This document shows positions 38,630-48,674 of a stretch of DNA of 64,000 nucleotides, piece after piece. Every line of letters starts with the position of its first letter. Within the stretch, counting starts at the first letter, position 1. A program made the position numbers and the translations under genes. Under the pieces are notes generated by a model that saw nothing but the letters and a program-made list of their open reading frames with translations, was not told the DNA's origin and ran no database searches. This DNA is from Dehalococcoidia bacterium. GTDB lineage: Bacteria > Chloroflexota > Dehalococcoidia > Lucifugimonadales > UBA2985. The stretch is from positions 974,455 to 1,038,454 of the forward strand of contig OZ252024.1 in assembly GCA_965247645.1 (NCBI GenBank), written 5' to 3'.

Positions 38630-39217
38630 GTGTTTACAGGCATCGTACAGGAAGTGGGAAGGCTGAAGGAGAGCGATCATGGCTCCATCAGCGTGGAGGC
38701 CGCGGCCTGCCTGGAGGGGCTTCGAGAAGGGGACAGCATAGCCGTCAACGGGACGTGCCTGACCGTGAAGGCCATAGGCGAGGGGAGCTTCTCCCTGGAC
38801 ACCATGCCGGAGACCCTCAGACGCACCAATCTGGGATCCCTGAAGCTAGGAGACCCGGTGAACCTGGAAACGGCGCTTACCCTCAACACACCCCTGGGAG
38901 GGCATATTACCCAGGGACACGTGGACGCTACCGGCGCCATTTCCTCCATGCAGCCGGAAGGCGACGCCCTGCTGATAAGGTTCCAGGCGCCTCCCCAGGT
39001 GATGAAGTACGTGGTGGAGAAGGGTTTCATGGCCGTGGACGGCATCAGCCTCACAGTGACGGAGTGTGACGACTCTACCTTTGGGGTATCTGTGGTAAAA
39101 TACACGTTGGAGCATACAAACTTGGGCCGGCGCGGGCTTGGCGACGTTGTGAATCTGGAGGTGGACATCCTGGCTAAATACGTGGAGAAACTTCTGTCTT
39201 CCCGTGGGCCGCAGTGA
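38630..39217 (+). CDS. ribE: Riboflavin synthase (alpha chain)
   Basis: The MFTGIVQEVG...NGTCLTV...GGHITQGHVD...VDGISLTV duplicated-barrel signature matches. Confidence 0.9.
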   Translation: MFTGIVQEVGRLKESDHGSISVEAAACLEGLREGDSIAVNGTCLTVKAIGEGSFSLDTMPETLRRTNLGSLKLGDPVNLETALTLNTPLGGHITQGHVDATGAISSMQPEGDALLIRFQAPPQVMKYVVEKGFMAVDGISLTVTECDDSTFGVSVVKYTLEHTNLGRRGLGDVVNLEVDILAKYVEKLLSSRGPQ

Positions 39218-39266
39218 CGCTCCGCGTAACGGCCCCAACATCCCCAAAGCTATTTGGAGGGCGCTT

Positions 39267-40481
39267 ATGGCTCTAGCCACCATAGAAGAGGCGATCCAGG
39301 ACCTCCGGGACGGCAAGTTCGTCATCCTGGTGGACGACGAAGACCGGGAGAACGAGGGCGACCTAGTCATGGCTGCGGAGAAGGTTACTCCTGAGTCCAT
39401 CAACTTCATGGCCACGCACGGCCGAGGCCTGATATGTATGCCGGTCACCGGCCAACGCCTGGAGGAGCTCAGGCTGCCCATGATGGTCCAGGATAACACC
39501 TCCCGCTACACCACGGCGTTTACAGTCACGGTCGACGCAATCCACGGCGCTACCACCGGCATCTCCGCTTTCGACAGGGCTGCGACGGTCAAGGCCGTTC
39601 TTGACCCCGCCACCAAGCCGGAAGACCTGGCAAGGCCGGGACATATCTTCCCACTGCGATACCAGGAGGGCGGCGTCCTGGTTAGGGCAGGCCAGACGGA
39701 GGGGTCGGTGGACCTGGCCAAGCTGGCCGGCCTGTCTCCGGCGTCCGTCCTCTGCGAGATGATGAAGGAGGACGGCACAATGGCCCGTATGCCGGACCTG
39801 GAGGAGTTCTCTGAGCTTTACGGAATCAGGATTATCAGCGTAGCCCAGATTATCGCCCACCGCCGCCGCCATGAGAATATGGTGCAGCGAGTGGCCGAGG
39901 CCAGGCTCCCCACGGACTTCGGAGAGTTCACCGCTGTGGCATTCAAGAGTGAGGTGGATAGCGCGGAGCACTTGGCTCTGGTTATGGGTGACGTGAAGGC
40001 CGAGGCCCCGGTACTGGTCAGAGTGCACAGCGAGTGCCTCACGGGAGATGTCTTCGGCAGCCGGCGCTGTGACTGCGGCGCTCAGATAGACCTGGCGCTG
40101 GGACTCATTGCCAAGGAAGGCAGGGGTGTCTTCCTCTACATGCGACAGGAAGGGCGGGGCATTGGACTGCACAACAAGATAAAGGCCTACGCGTTGCAGG
40201 ATACAGGGTTGGATACGGTGGAGGCCAATGCCAGCCTGGGCTTTGCGCCGGACCTGCGCCACTACGGCATTGGCGCTCAGATACTGGTGGAACTAGGGGT
40301 ACGAAACATGCGCCTCCTTACCAACAACCCCAAGAAGGTGATAGGGCTAGAGGCCTATGACCTCAAGCTGGTGGAGAGGGTGCCGATAATAGCGCCTTCC
40401 ACGCCGGAAAACGAGAGGTATATGGAGACGAAACACCGGAAACTCGGCCATCTGTTGGAGACGGAGGAGGCGAAGAGTTGA
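39267..40481 (+). CDS. ribBA: Bifunctional 3,4-dihydroxy-2-butanone-4-phosphate synthase / GTP cyclohydrolase II
   Basis: ggagg lies 7 nt before the ATG at 39267. Contains DDEDRENEGDLVMAAE...RVHSECLTGDVFGSRRCDCG...YMRQEGRGIGL. Confidence 0.9.
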   Translation: MALATIEEAIQDLRDGKFVILVDDEDRENEGDLVMAAEKVTPESINFMATHGRGLICMPVTGQRLEELRLPMMVQDNTSRYTTAFTVTVDAIHGATTGISAFDRAATVKAVLDPATKPEDLARPGHIFPLRYQEGGVLVRAGQTEGSVDLAKLAGLSPASVLCEMMKEDGTMARMPDLEEFSELYGIRIISVAQIIAHRRRHENMVQRVAEARLPTDFGEFTAVAFKSEVDSAEHLALVMGDVKAEAPVLVRVHSECLTGDVFGSRRCDCGAQIDLALGLIAKEGRGVFLYMRQEGRGIGLHNKIKAYALQDTGLDTVEANASLGFAPDLRHYGIGAQILVELGVRNMRLLTNNPKKVIGLEAYDLKLVERVPIIAPSTPENERYMETKHRKLGHLLETEEAKS

Positions 40482-41023
40482 AGGGCCCTTCCTTTGACGA
40501 CGATGAGCCGCAGGGCCCCGGACTCCACCTGAGGGGCGGCCTGGACGGCCGCGGCCTCAGGATAGCGATAGTCGCCGCCAGGTTCAACCGCTTCGTCACA
40601 TCCAAGCTGGTAGAGGGCGCACGCGAGGCTCTCATATCCCACGGCATTGCGGAGAATGACCTGGTTGTTTCCTGGGTTCCCGGCTCTTTTGAGGCGCCGT
40701 TGGTAGCTCTGGAGATGGCTAGGACCGGGGAGTGGGACGCCTTGGTCTGTCTGGGCGCCATCATTCGAGGGGAGACCGCCCATTTCGATTACGTGGCCAG
40801 AGAGGCGGCGCGTGGCATTGCCTCTGCCTCCGTAGAGACGGGAGTCCCCATGTCATTCGGCATCCTCACCACGTACACGGAAAAGCAGGCGCTGGAGCGT
40901 GCGGGTGGCAAATCCGGCAACAAGGGCTACGACGCGGCCCTGACAGCCATAGAGATGGCCAATCTGATGCGCCTTCTGCGGCGGACAGAGGACCGGCAAC
41001 CCCCTGCGTTCCGCTCATCCTGA
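40478..41023 (+). CDS. ribH: 6,7-dimethyl-8-ribityllumazine synthase
   Basis: Contains RIAIVAARFNRFVT...WVPGSFEAP...CLGAIIRGETAHFDYV. TTG start overlaps the ribBA stop. Confidence 0.9.
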   Translation: MKGPSFDDDEPQGPGLHLRGGLDGRGLRIAIVAARFNRFVTSKLVEGAREALISHGIAENDLVVSWVPGSFEAPLVALEMARTGEWDALVCLGAIIRGETAHFDYVAREAARGIASASVETGVPMSFGILTTYTEKQALERAGGKSGNKGYDAALTAIEMANLMRLLRRTEDRQPPAFRSS

Positions 41024-41045
41024 GCGTGTCGAACCAGGTGAGCGG
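41011..41045 (+). repeat. Dispersed REP-like repeat, family B copy 2 (hairpin spanning the ribH stop)
   Basis: ccgctcatcctgagcgtgtcgaaccaggtgagcgg, with inverted termini ccgctca/tgagcgg. Confidence 0.6.
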
Positions 41046-41107
41046 AACTCCACCACTTGAAAGCCCGCGGCTGTGATAGTAAGCTGTCTTGCAGAAAGGG
41101 GGTGAAC

Positions 41108-41446
41108 ATGACGGAGCTGGTACAGGAAAAATGCGTGGCGTGTCGCAGAGATTCGCCCCTGGTGACCAATGAAGAGGTGGCCGAGCTGCATCCCAAGGTG
41201 GCGGAGTGGGCGATGACCTCCGAAAACTCCATCCCCCAGTTGCAGCGCACGTTCAGCTTCCCCAACTTTGCCCAGGCCCTGGCCTTCAGTCACAGCGTTG
41301 GTGAGGCGGCAGAGGACGAAGGGCACCACCCGCGCATCGTCACGGAGTGGGGCAAAGTAACGGTCACCTGGTGGACTCACAAGATACGAGGGCTTCATCG
41401 CAACGACTTCATCATGGCGGCCAAGACGGACCGGCTTTACGGCTAG
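41108..41446 (+). CDS. Pterin-4-alpha-carbinolamine dehydratase
   Basis: Contains MTELVQEKCVACR...FPNFAQALAFSHSVGEAAEDEGHHPRIVTEWGKVTVTWWTHKIRGLHRNDF. The start is the ATG at 41108. Confidence 0.85.
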   Translation: MTELVQEKCVACRRDSPLVTNEEVAELHPKVAEWAMTSENSIPQLQRTFSFPNFAQALAFSHSVGEAAEDEGHHPRIVTEWGKVTVTWWTHKIRGLHRNDFIMAAKTDRLYG

Positions 41447-42156
41447 CCTTCCAGGAGCCGCCGGACATCTGAGAAGACATCCTCGAACATCTCCCGCGTG
41501 AGCCTGCCGGTCTGGGTGTTCTGCCGGCTGGGGTGGTAGGAGGACACCAGGGTCTTGCCGTCCGGCAGCCGATGGGCCGCTCGATGGGAGAAGCGTGGCT
41601 TGGGCACAGGCGTCTCCTGCCCCATCTCCCGCCGGGCCGACAGGTAGCTGTCGAAGGCGATCTTCCCAAGCGCCACCACGACGCTTACCCCGGTGAGCAG
41701 GGACAACTCTTGCAGCAGGTAGGGGAGGCACTCGGCTTTCTCAACGGTCGATGGCTTGTTGTCCGGAGGCGCGCACCGCACCGCTGCCGTGATATAGGCG
41801 TCCTTCAGCGCGAGCCCATCGTCGCGGCGCCGTGAAATGGGGGAGCTGGCGAACCCGAACTTGTATAGCGTCTCGTAGAGCCAGTCGCCGCTGCTGTCGC
41901 CGGTGAACATGCGACCGGTGCGGTTTCCGCCGTGGGCTGCGGGGGCCAGCCCAATGATCAACGCCCGCGCATCGGGATCTCCAAAGGAGGGCAGCGGCCG
42001 GCCCCAATACTCCTGGTCAAGGTACATACGGCGCTTCTCTCGGGCCATCCGCTCCCTGTGCTCCACCAGCCGTGGGCACAGGCGGCAGGCCGTCACCTCA
42101 CGGTTCAGCGTCTCAAGGGCCTGGGCAATGCCCGTTTGCGCGGCGTTCTGCGTCAT
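41443..42156 (-). CDS. Uracil-DNA glycosylase, family 5-like (UdgB)
   Basis: CRLCPRLVEHR...GLAPAAHGGNRTGRMFTGDSSGDWL resembles the family 5 motif. I prefer the start at 42156, which avoids overlap with the USP gene. Confidence 0.75.
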   Translation of the reverse strand: MTQNAAQTGIAQALETLNREVTACRLCPRLVEHRERMAREKRRMYLDQEYWGRPLPSFGDPDARALIIGLAPAAHGGNRTGRMFTGDSSGDWLYETLYKFGFASSPISRRRDDGLALKDAYITAAVRCAPPDNKPSTVEKAECLPYLLQELSLLTGVSVVVALGKIAFDSYLSARREMGQETPVPKPRFSHRAAHRLPDGKTLVSSYHPSRQNTQTGRLTREMFEDVFSDVRRLLEG

Positions 42157-42206
42157 GGGGTGATTCGCAGGAAGATGTTCTGGAAGCGTAAACGGCCCCG
42201 GCCGGC

Positions 42207-43190
42207 CTACTCCTGGGGCCGAATCAGCAGCACGGGGCTGTAGGACGACCTGAGGACGCGATCGGCCACGCTTCCCATTATCCAGCGTCCCAGGCCGGAG
42301 CGGCCGTGGGTGCACATTACGATGAGGGTTCCATCATTCTCGGCGGCCAGGTCGACTATGTGGTCCGCCGGAAAGCCGACCTTCACCGTGCAATCGACGT
42401 CAAACCCCTTCATCTGCAGCTCCGCCTGCTTCTCATTCAGATAGCTGACGGCGGCGCTCTCTATGCTCTCGACCATCTGCGGGTCAAAGGCGTAGCCCTC
42501 CATGGACGGGTAGGCCATTGTGGGCGTGGTCACCACCTGCACCAGGGACAGCTTGACGCCCATTGGCTCGGCCAACGCCTCCGCGTGGGACAGCGCCAAC
42601 TCCGCCAGCGCTGAGCCGTCCAGGGGCACCAGGATGGTGTCGATTGGCTTTCTCTCCAACGCTGTCTCTCCGCTGTCCTTGGGCCGTAGGAGGAACAGGG
42701 GGACGGACGAGGAGAGCAACAGCTTGCCGGCGTTGCTGCCGTACACCCACCTGCCCAGCCCGGAGCGGCCGTGAGTGGACATGGCTATGAGGTCGATGTC
42801 CTCCTCCTGGGCGATGGCCGTTATTGCCGATGCGGGGTCGTCTCCGTGGACGGCCCTTGTCCTGGTCCTGAGCGATGGCCACGATGCGGCGACCTGCTCC
42901 AGGCGCTCCTCCGCGGCGCGGAGGGCGCGCTCCATCATCTGCTCCCTGGTCTCGGCGGAAGCGACCGAGGGGTCTGGCAGATCGCGAAGGTATGACGTCC
43001 CCGCCATGCCGAACGCGCCCGTGGCCTCGTCGACCATGGGTATGGCCTCCAGCCAGGTGCCTCCGATCTTGGGCTCCTCCACCACCGTCAGCAGAAGCGC
43101 CTCAGCGTCGACCGCCTCCACCAACTGAGCCACCCGCCCCAAAACCGCTTCCGAGAACCTTGAGCCGTCCAGAGGAACGAGGACCTTCAT
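42207..43190 (-). CDS. Universal stress protein, tandem UspA domains
   Basis: 327 aa. Two USP modules, each ending ...HGRSGLGRW..GS....(L/V)L....P(L/V)LL(L/I)RP. Confidence 0.85.
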   Translation of the reverse strand: MKVLVPLDGSRFSEAVLGRVAQLVEAVDAEALLLTVVEEPKIGGTWLEAIPMVDEATGAFGMAGTSYLRDLPDPSVASAETREQMMERALRAAEERLEQVAASWPSLRTRTRAVHGDDPASAITAIAQEEDIDLIAMSTHGRSGLGRWVYGSNAGKLLLSSSVPLFLLRPKDSGETALERKPIDTILVPLDGSALAELALSHAEALAEPMGVKLSLVQVVTTPTMAYPSMEGYAFDPQMVESIESAAVSYLNEKQAELQMKGFDVDCTVKVGFPADHIVDLAAENDGTLIVMCTHGRSGLGRWIMGSVADRVLRSSYSPVLLIRPQE

Positions 43191-43680
43191 TGCAACCTCC
43201 TGTCCTGCTTGTCCGCAGGCTGAGTATATTATACTCCACCGTCAACCTCCTCACGTCATAGTTGCGTGTGGTATTATTTAAGGACTTGGGTTGTTGAAGG
43301 CTTGCGAGCCTTGGAGTTGCTGCCATGCATATAACGCGGATAGATAGTCAAGGCTTGGCAACTAACAGAGCAGATGGAGTCTCAATAGATGGTGTAGGCT
43401 CACTTACGTGATAGGCTGTAAAGGCGTTTTTGCTTGCCCGTTGCCGTGGTCTAATTGCGCTCGTGATGGTTGACCTGAAAAGGCTCGGCTCAGTGCTTAA
43501 CTTGAAAGGGTATATGTTCAAAGGCAAGAAACGCCTTTCCCTGACAGTCCTGCTATAGTTAATGGTTGTGCCAGACCTGATGAAAATAGTCTTAGTAGTT
43601 AGCTGCCGCTTCCTCAAAGAGGAGAGCCTAACCGGCATGAGGAGACGTAGTGGTACTATCAAGGAGGACATAAAGATAGT

Positions 43681-44529
43681 ATGAACGACTACAACCCGTA
43701 CAAAGACTTCACGAACCGGCTAAAGTTGTTTATTGGCAAGAACCCTGATCTAATCACAACCACACTCAGCAACATCTTCACCATGCGCCTCATTGGGAAC
43801 AAGACCCACGGTGACCTAGCTGAGATAGCCATCGCGGAATTCATCAACCAATACATGTACGACTTCAGTTCGATTCATGTCGGGAAAGACCTCTACCGTG
43901 CGAAGTCGAAAGAGGAAGACATCACGATTATCAATGACCTAACTAAGGCGGAATTCCCAGTCAGCCTCAAAGCCTACGGGGTTGGTCCATTGCAACTCTC
44001 TACAGATAAGGACTTCCGAATGTTCCTAAGGCTCGAGCAAGAAGGTAGTCAGATTGAGGGGCGCGCCGCCGTCGAGGAAATCATGCGGTCTCCGTCCTTC
44101 TCGGAGTTCAGAAATATCAATGTGCTTCCGCTGATATACAATGAACAAGAGCAAAAATGTAACATTCTTGTATTCGACTATGACCGCGCAATGGGTGCAA
44201 CCGTACGTATAACCAGGATCGAAGCAGGCGGCGGCAGGAAGCACCCGATTTATCGCTTTTTTGACAGTTCCGAATCTTATATTTGCGAAGTACGTTACGG
44301 GGACGCAACGGCCAATGCTCTCCAACGCGGTTTGTGGACACATACCAAACTAGGACTGCCATACTTCGAGAGTGTGACGAGAGGATGGATAGATTATTCA
44401 CATAATCAACTTCTTGTCGACTTGTTTTCGCACGCTTTGGTATCCTCTGGGACCGGGCACAAGTCTGCTCTAGTGGCGGTCAAAGAGGATATTGCTCTAC
44501 TGAAGCAGAGAGCAGGGATATCAACATGA
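43681..44529 (+). CDS. Putative type II restriction endonuclease (family not recognised)
   Basis: 282 aa in the low-GC island, with strong RBS aaggagga. Its stop overlaps the start of the DNA methyltransferase gene (ATGA at 44526-44529). The assignment rests on context only. Confidence 0.45.
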   Translation: MNDYNPYKDFTNRLKLFIGKNPDLITTTLSNIFTMRLIGNKTHGDLAEIAIAEFINQYMYDFSSIHVGKDLYRAKSKEEDITIINDLTKAEFPVSLKAYGVGPLQLSTDKDFRMFLRLEQEGSQIEGRAAVEEIMRSPSFSEFRNINVLPLIYNEQEQKCNILVFDYDRAMGATVRITRIEAGGGRKHPIYRFFDSSESYICEVRYGDATANALQRGLWTHTKLGLPYFESVTRGWIDYSHNQLLVDLFSHALVSSGTGHKSALVAVKEDIALLKQRAGIST

Positions 44530-45659
44530 TGCAGACACTCCCTCTCTTTAGCCACCTTGTACTTGACTCCCCACCTACTGAGGGCATCAAGTATGCAGGG
44601 TCGAAACTGAAATTGATTCCCTATATCCTGCAATTAGCTCGGAAGGTTGGCGCCGATACCGTTCTGGACGGGTTTTCCGGGACAACTAGGGTATCGCAGG
44701 CACTCGCTAAGCGTGGGCACACCGTTATATGTAACGACACCGCAGTGTGGTCTGAGGTGTTTGGCACATGTTATCTACTGAATAGCGCAACAAGGGTTGC
44801 ATACCAACCGCTGATTGACCACCTCAATTCTGTCCAGGAAACTGACGGATGGTTCACAGAGCATTACGGAGGGCATCCCAATGGCGGCTGTGCTATACAG
44901 GCTAATGGTCTCAAGAAACCATGGCAGGTCCATAATACCCGTAAGCTGGATGGGATACGGTTAGAAATCGACAAGCTAAACCTCGGCCATATTGACAGGG
45001 CAGTGGCATTGACAAGTTTGATTCTGGCGCTTAACAAAGTAGACAATACCATTGGGCACTTTGCGTCGTACCTCAAAACATGGTCATTGAGATCATACGA
45101 CCACCTATGGCTTAAAGTGCCCGATGTTTTTGAGTCGTCGCAACGTCACCAAGTACATCGATCTGACGTGCTTGACATCGTTCCTAGTGTATCCCCAGAC
45201 CTTGCTTATTTTGACCCACCTTACGGCTCTAATAACGACAAGATGCCACCATCGAGAGTGCGTTATTCAGCGTATTACCACGTATGGACTAGCGTCTGTC
45301 TTTTTGATGAACCGGATCTGTTTGGCAGGGCAAATCGTCGCCAGGATACATCGGACATTGTGTCACCCTCGGCATTGGAAGACTTTCGCCGCTCATCCGG
45401 TGGCAAATTTGTGGCGGTTGAGGCAATCAATCGGCTGTTAGGTGCGACTAACGCTCATTGGATTCTCCTTTCCTACAGCTCAGGAGGTCGGGCCACAGGT
45501 GAAGAACTGGACGAGGTACTAAGGAGTAACGGGAAACTGACGGATGTGATAGAGATAGACTATAAGAGAAATGTTATGGGAAGCATGACTTGGACAGAAG
45601 AGTGGATTAGAGAATCAACGGAGCCTCACCGTGAATTCTTGTTCTTGTTGGAGAAATAG
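44526..45659 (+). CDS. Site-specific DNA N6-adenine methyltransferase (alpha-type motif order, D12/Dam-like)
   Basis: 377 aa. Contains the N-terminal KYAGSKLKLIPYI, AdoMet motif I (VLDGFSGTTRV) and catalytic motif IV DPPY (45213-45224), with a ~180-aa putative target-recognition region between them. Confidence 0.8.
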   Translation: MMQTLPLFSHLVLDSPPTEGIKYAGSKLKLIPYILQLARKVGADTVLDGFSGTTRVSQALAKRGHTVICNDTAVWSEVFGTCYLLNSATRVAYQPLIDHLNSVQETDGWFTEHYGGHPNGGCAIQANGLKKPWQVHNTRKLDGIRLEIDKLNLGHIDRAVALTSLILALNKVDNTIGHFASYLKTWSLRSYDHLWLKVPDVFESSQRHQVHRSDVLDIVPSVSPDLAYFDPPYGSNNDKMPPSRVRYSAYYHVWTSVCLFDEPDLFGRANRRQDTSDIVSPSALEDFRRSSGGKFVAVEAINRLLGATNAHWILLSYSSGGRATGEELDEVLRSNGKLTDVIEIDYKRNVMGSMTWTEEWIRESTEPHREFLFLLEK

Positions 45660-45782
45660 GTGACTCGCAAAGACACGGTTGGATTGATCATGATCTGTGC
45701 GGTGGAGTCGTCGCTGTGAACACTCCAGTCTTATAGTAGCAATTATACGGGACACGTTCGTTTTCATTCAAGGAGGGGCAGC

Positions 45783-47471
45783 ATGCAATCTAGCGCACGG
45801 GATTTCAACCCAAAGCACATGAGCCAGGAGATAACCCAGGGACCGGAGCGTGCCCCGGCCCGCACCATGCTCAGGGCAACCGGACTCGATGACGCCGCGC
45901 TGGCAAACCCATTTGTCGGCATTGCCAACCTTGCCAGCGACGTTACACCCTGCAACATGCACCTGGGACGCCTGTCCGTCAGGATTAAGGAGGGCATACG
46001 GGCCGCCGGCGGCACGCCATTTGAGTTCGGGACCATCACGGTCAGCGACGGCATCTCGATGGGCACAGAGGGCATGAAGGCCTCCCTGGTCAGCCGCGAG
46101 GTGATCGCCGACTCCATTGAGCTTGTGTCCATGGCCGAATGGTTTGACGGCCTTGTGACCGTTGGAGGCTGCGACAAGAACCTGCCGGGGTGTCTCATGG
46201 CAATGGCGCGGCTGAACATACCCTCCGTTTTCGTCTACGGTGGAACCATCCTTCCGGGCCGGTTCCAGGGGCGGGACGTCAACATCCAGGACGTGTTCGA
46301 GGCTGTGGGCGCCCATTCCCGCGGCAATATGTCGGACGCCGAGTTGCTGGAGCTGGAGCGCGTTGCCTGCCCAGGGGAGGGTTCCTGCGCCGGCCTCTTT
46401 ACCGCCAACACCATGTCCGCGGCCATTGAAGCCCTGGGCATGTCTCTCCCAGGCGACGCCTCCATTCCGGCGGTTGACCCCCGGAAGGCGGACGAGTGCA
46501 AGCGCGCCGGGGAGGCGGCGCTTCATCTGCTGGAGTTGGGCATCAGGCCCAGCGACATCCTCACCCGCGCGGCCTTTGAGAACGCCATTGCCGTGGTGGT
46601 GGCGATGGGCGGGTCCACCAACGCGGTGCTTCATCTGCTGGCCATCAGCCGCGAGGCTGGCGTACCGCTGGAGATAGACGACTTCGACTACATCAGCCGG
46701 AACACTCCCTACATCGCCGATATGCGGCCCGGCGGGAAGCACGTTATGGCAGACCTGGACCGGATTGGTGGACTTTCCCAGGTGATGAGGCGTCTGCTGG
46801 ATGCCGGCCTGCTTCACGGCGATACCCTGACCGTTACCGGCAAGACCCTTCGCGAGAACCTGGAGGGAGTTGAGGAGGCGAGCGACCAGAGCATTGTCTA
46901 TCCCGTGTCCTCGCCTCTGAGCGAAACAGGCTCCCTGGCCATACTCAAGGGCAACCTGGCTCCGGAGGGCGGAGTCATAAAGGTGGCCGGCAACCAGAAG
47001 ATGTACCACCAGGGGCCCGCCAGGGTGTTTGACCGGGAGCAGGACGCCTTTCAGACGGTGCGGAACGGGGGGATCAACCAGGGCGACGTGGTGGTCATTC
47101 GCTACGAAGGGCCCAAGGGCGGGCCGGGGATGCGGGAGATGCTTGCGGTGACGGCGGCGCTGGTGGGACAGGGGCTTGGCGAGCATGTGGCCCTGCTCAC
47201 CGATGGCCGCTTCTCAGGCGCAACCCACGGGCTGATGGTTGGACACGTAGCCCCGGAAGCGGCCGTGCAGGGGCCAATCGCCGCGCTGCAAGACGGGGAC
47301 ATCGTAACCCTGGACGTCCCCAACCGGCGGCTGGACGTGTCTCTCTCCGATGACGAGATAGCGGAGCGGTTGTCGGCGTGGACTCCGCCAACTCCAACGC
47401 ACACCACAGGCGCGCTGGGGAAGTACGCGCGGCTGGTGGGCTCCGCGTCGATGGGCGCGGTCACGGGGTAG
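45783..47471 (+). CDS. ilvD: Dihydroxy-acid dehydratase
   Basis: 562 aa. Contains [16 protein letters not shown]...NMHL...GGCDKNLPG...[16 protein letters not shown]...[13 protein letters not shown]. Confidence 0.9.
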   Translation: MQSSARDFNPKHMSQEITQGPERAPARTMLRATGLDDAALANPFVGIANLASDVTPCNMHLGRLSVRIKEGIRAAGGTPFEFGTITVSDGISMGTEGMKASLVSREVIADSIELVSMAEWFDGLVTVGGCDKNLPGCLMAMARLNIPSVFVYGGTILPGRFQGRDVNIQDVFEAVGAHSRGNMSDAELLELERVACPGEGSCAGLFTANTMSAAIEALGMSLPGDASIPAVDPRKADECKRAGEAALHLLELGIRPSDILTRAAFENAIAVVVAMGGSTNAVLHLLAISREAGVPLEIDDFDYISRNTPYIADMRPGGKHVMADLDRIGGLSQVMRRLLDAGLLHGDTLTVTGKTLRENLEGVEEASDQSIVYPVSSPLSETGSLAILKGNLAPEGGVIKVAGNQKMYHQGPARVFDREQDAFQTVRNGGINQGDVVVIRYEGPKGGPGMREMLAVTAALVGQGLGEHVALLTDGRFSGATHGLMVGHVAPEAAVQGPIAALQDGDIVTLDVPNRRLDVSLSDDEIAERLSAWTPPTPTHTTGALGKYARLVGSASMGAVTG

Positions 47472-47538
47472 GCGCGGGGGTCGTCGTGCCGCCCGGGCTC
47501 TTGGGGGGCGCCCTGAAATACAGGCGTTGCGCGCTCTA

Positions 47539-47567
47539 TTGACTACGGCGTTGCGGGGATATACTAT
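47539..47567 (+). promoter_or_regulatory. Candidate sigma-70 promoter for tatA
   Basis: ttgact (47539-44), a 17-nt spacer, then tactat (47562-67). It lies about 40 nt upstream of the tatA ATG. This is a pattern match only. Confidence 0.4.
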
Positions 47568-47605
47568 GGTTGCCAAATATGGGGAGCCTGTGAGGAGAGA
47601 AGGGT

Positions 47606-47809
47606 ATGCCTAGAATAGGACCCACAGAGCTTATAATCGTCTTGGTCATCATCCTTATCATATTCGGCGCGGGCCGCCTGCCTGAAATAGGCTCAGCGCT
47701 TGGCAGGGGCATCAAGGAGTTCCGCAAGGGTCAGTCCGACCAGGTGGACGCGGAGATCGTCGTCGAACCCAAGCCGGCGGCAGGCAGGAAGAGGAAGGGC
47801 AAGGCGTAG
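47606..47809 (+). CDS. tatA: Twin-arginine translocase subunit TatA/E
   Basis: [42 protein letters not shown]. Confidence 0.85.
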   Translation: MPRIGPTELIIVLVIILIIFGAGRLPEIGSALGRGIKEFRKGQSDQVDAEIVVEPKPAAGRKRKGKA

Positions 47810-47831
47810 CTCTTCGATACAGGTATTCGAC

Positions 47832-47877
47832 AGGCCGAGGCCCCATCTGCATTGAGGGGTCTCGGCCTTCTTGTTTC
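47832..47877 (+). terminator. Rho-independent terminator after tatA
   Basis: Stem aggccgaggcccc / ggggtctcggcct (one G-U) with a 11-nt loop, followed by tcttgtttc. It sits between convergent tatA and tatC. Confidence 0.6.
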
Positions 47878-47879
47878 CG

Positions 47880-48674
47880 CTAGCTTCTGGAAGTCTTGGA
47901 GGGCGCCGCCTCAACCAACTGATCCTTCTGGCCCAGGCGGGCCAGCCTTGCCAGCCAGATGCCTATCTCGTACAAGAGGACTATTGGCACCGCGACAAGG
48001 GTCTGGTTGACTGGGTCGAAGGTGGGCGTTATCAGCGCGCCAAGGATGAAGGCGGCAACGACGGCAAAGCGTCGCTGGCGCGCCATTGCCCTGGGCGTAA
48101 TAATCCTGACCTTGCTCAGGAAGAACATGACAAGGGGTGTCTGAAATGATACCCCAAGCCAGAACAGCAGGGTCACCACCAGGTTTATGTAGTTTCCCAC
48201 CCTTATCATCGGCGTTGCTATGTCTGAGCCGAAGGTAAGCAGGAACCCGATGGCGGGAGGCAGCAGGAAGAGGTACCCGAAGGTGGCGCCCGCCACAAAG
48301 GCAATCATGGTCCCGGGGAGGAGAGCAAAGAGATAGCGTTTCTCTCTGGGGGTCAGGCCGGGGGCCACGAACATGACCATCTGGTACAGGATGACGGGAG
48401 AGACCAGCGCCAGCCCGCCCATCAGGGAGACCTTCATGGTAATGCCGATCATCTCCGTTGCCTGGGTGAAGATGAGCTTGTTGTCCCTGAGCGACTCGAA
48501 GCCCTGCGCCGGGCCCATCAATAGGTCGAAGATCATTCTGTGGAAGACGAATGCCACCACGGTGCCCACAATGAGGGCCGCTACGGCCACGACGAGCCTG
48601 CGCCGCAGCTCTATAAGGTGCCCTGCAAGGGAAAGCTCTCTATCTTGCAACGGGGCCCTCCTCGTCGGGGCCAC
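47880..48674 (-). CDS. tatC: Twin-arginine translocase subunit TatC
   Basis: 264 aa. HLIELRRRL start motif and six TM segments. It overlaps the tatB-like gene by 35 nt. An alternative TTG start exists at 48650. Confidence 0.9.
   Translation of the reverse strand: MAPTRRAPLQDRELSLAGHLIELRRRLVVAVAALIVGTVVAFVFHRMIFDLLMGPAQGFESLRDNKLIFTQATEMIGITMKVSLMGGLALVSPVILYQMVMFVAPGLTPREKRYLFALLPGTMIAFVAGATFGYLFLLPPAIGFLLTFGSDIATPMIRVGNYINLVVTLLFWLGVSFQTPLVMFFLSKVRIITPRAMARQRRFAVVAAFILGALITPTFDPVNQTLVAVPIVLLYEIGIWLARLARLGQKDQLVEAAPSKTSRS

Noticed and set aside
43348-43671. 107-aa minus-strand ORF in the leader of the R-M island
   Set aside because: Ser/Thr/Arg/Leu-rich, with no RBS or motif. It is more likely non-coding leader or decayed sequence. 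I kept it only as context for the uORF observation.
45768-47186. 472-aa ORF antisense to ilvD
   Set aside because: Same reasoning as above. The opposite strand is a textbook dihydroxy-acid dehydratase, and the antisense product is low-complexity (G/A/H/P/R-rich).
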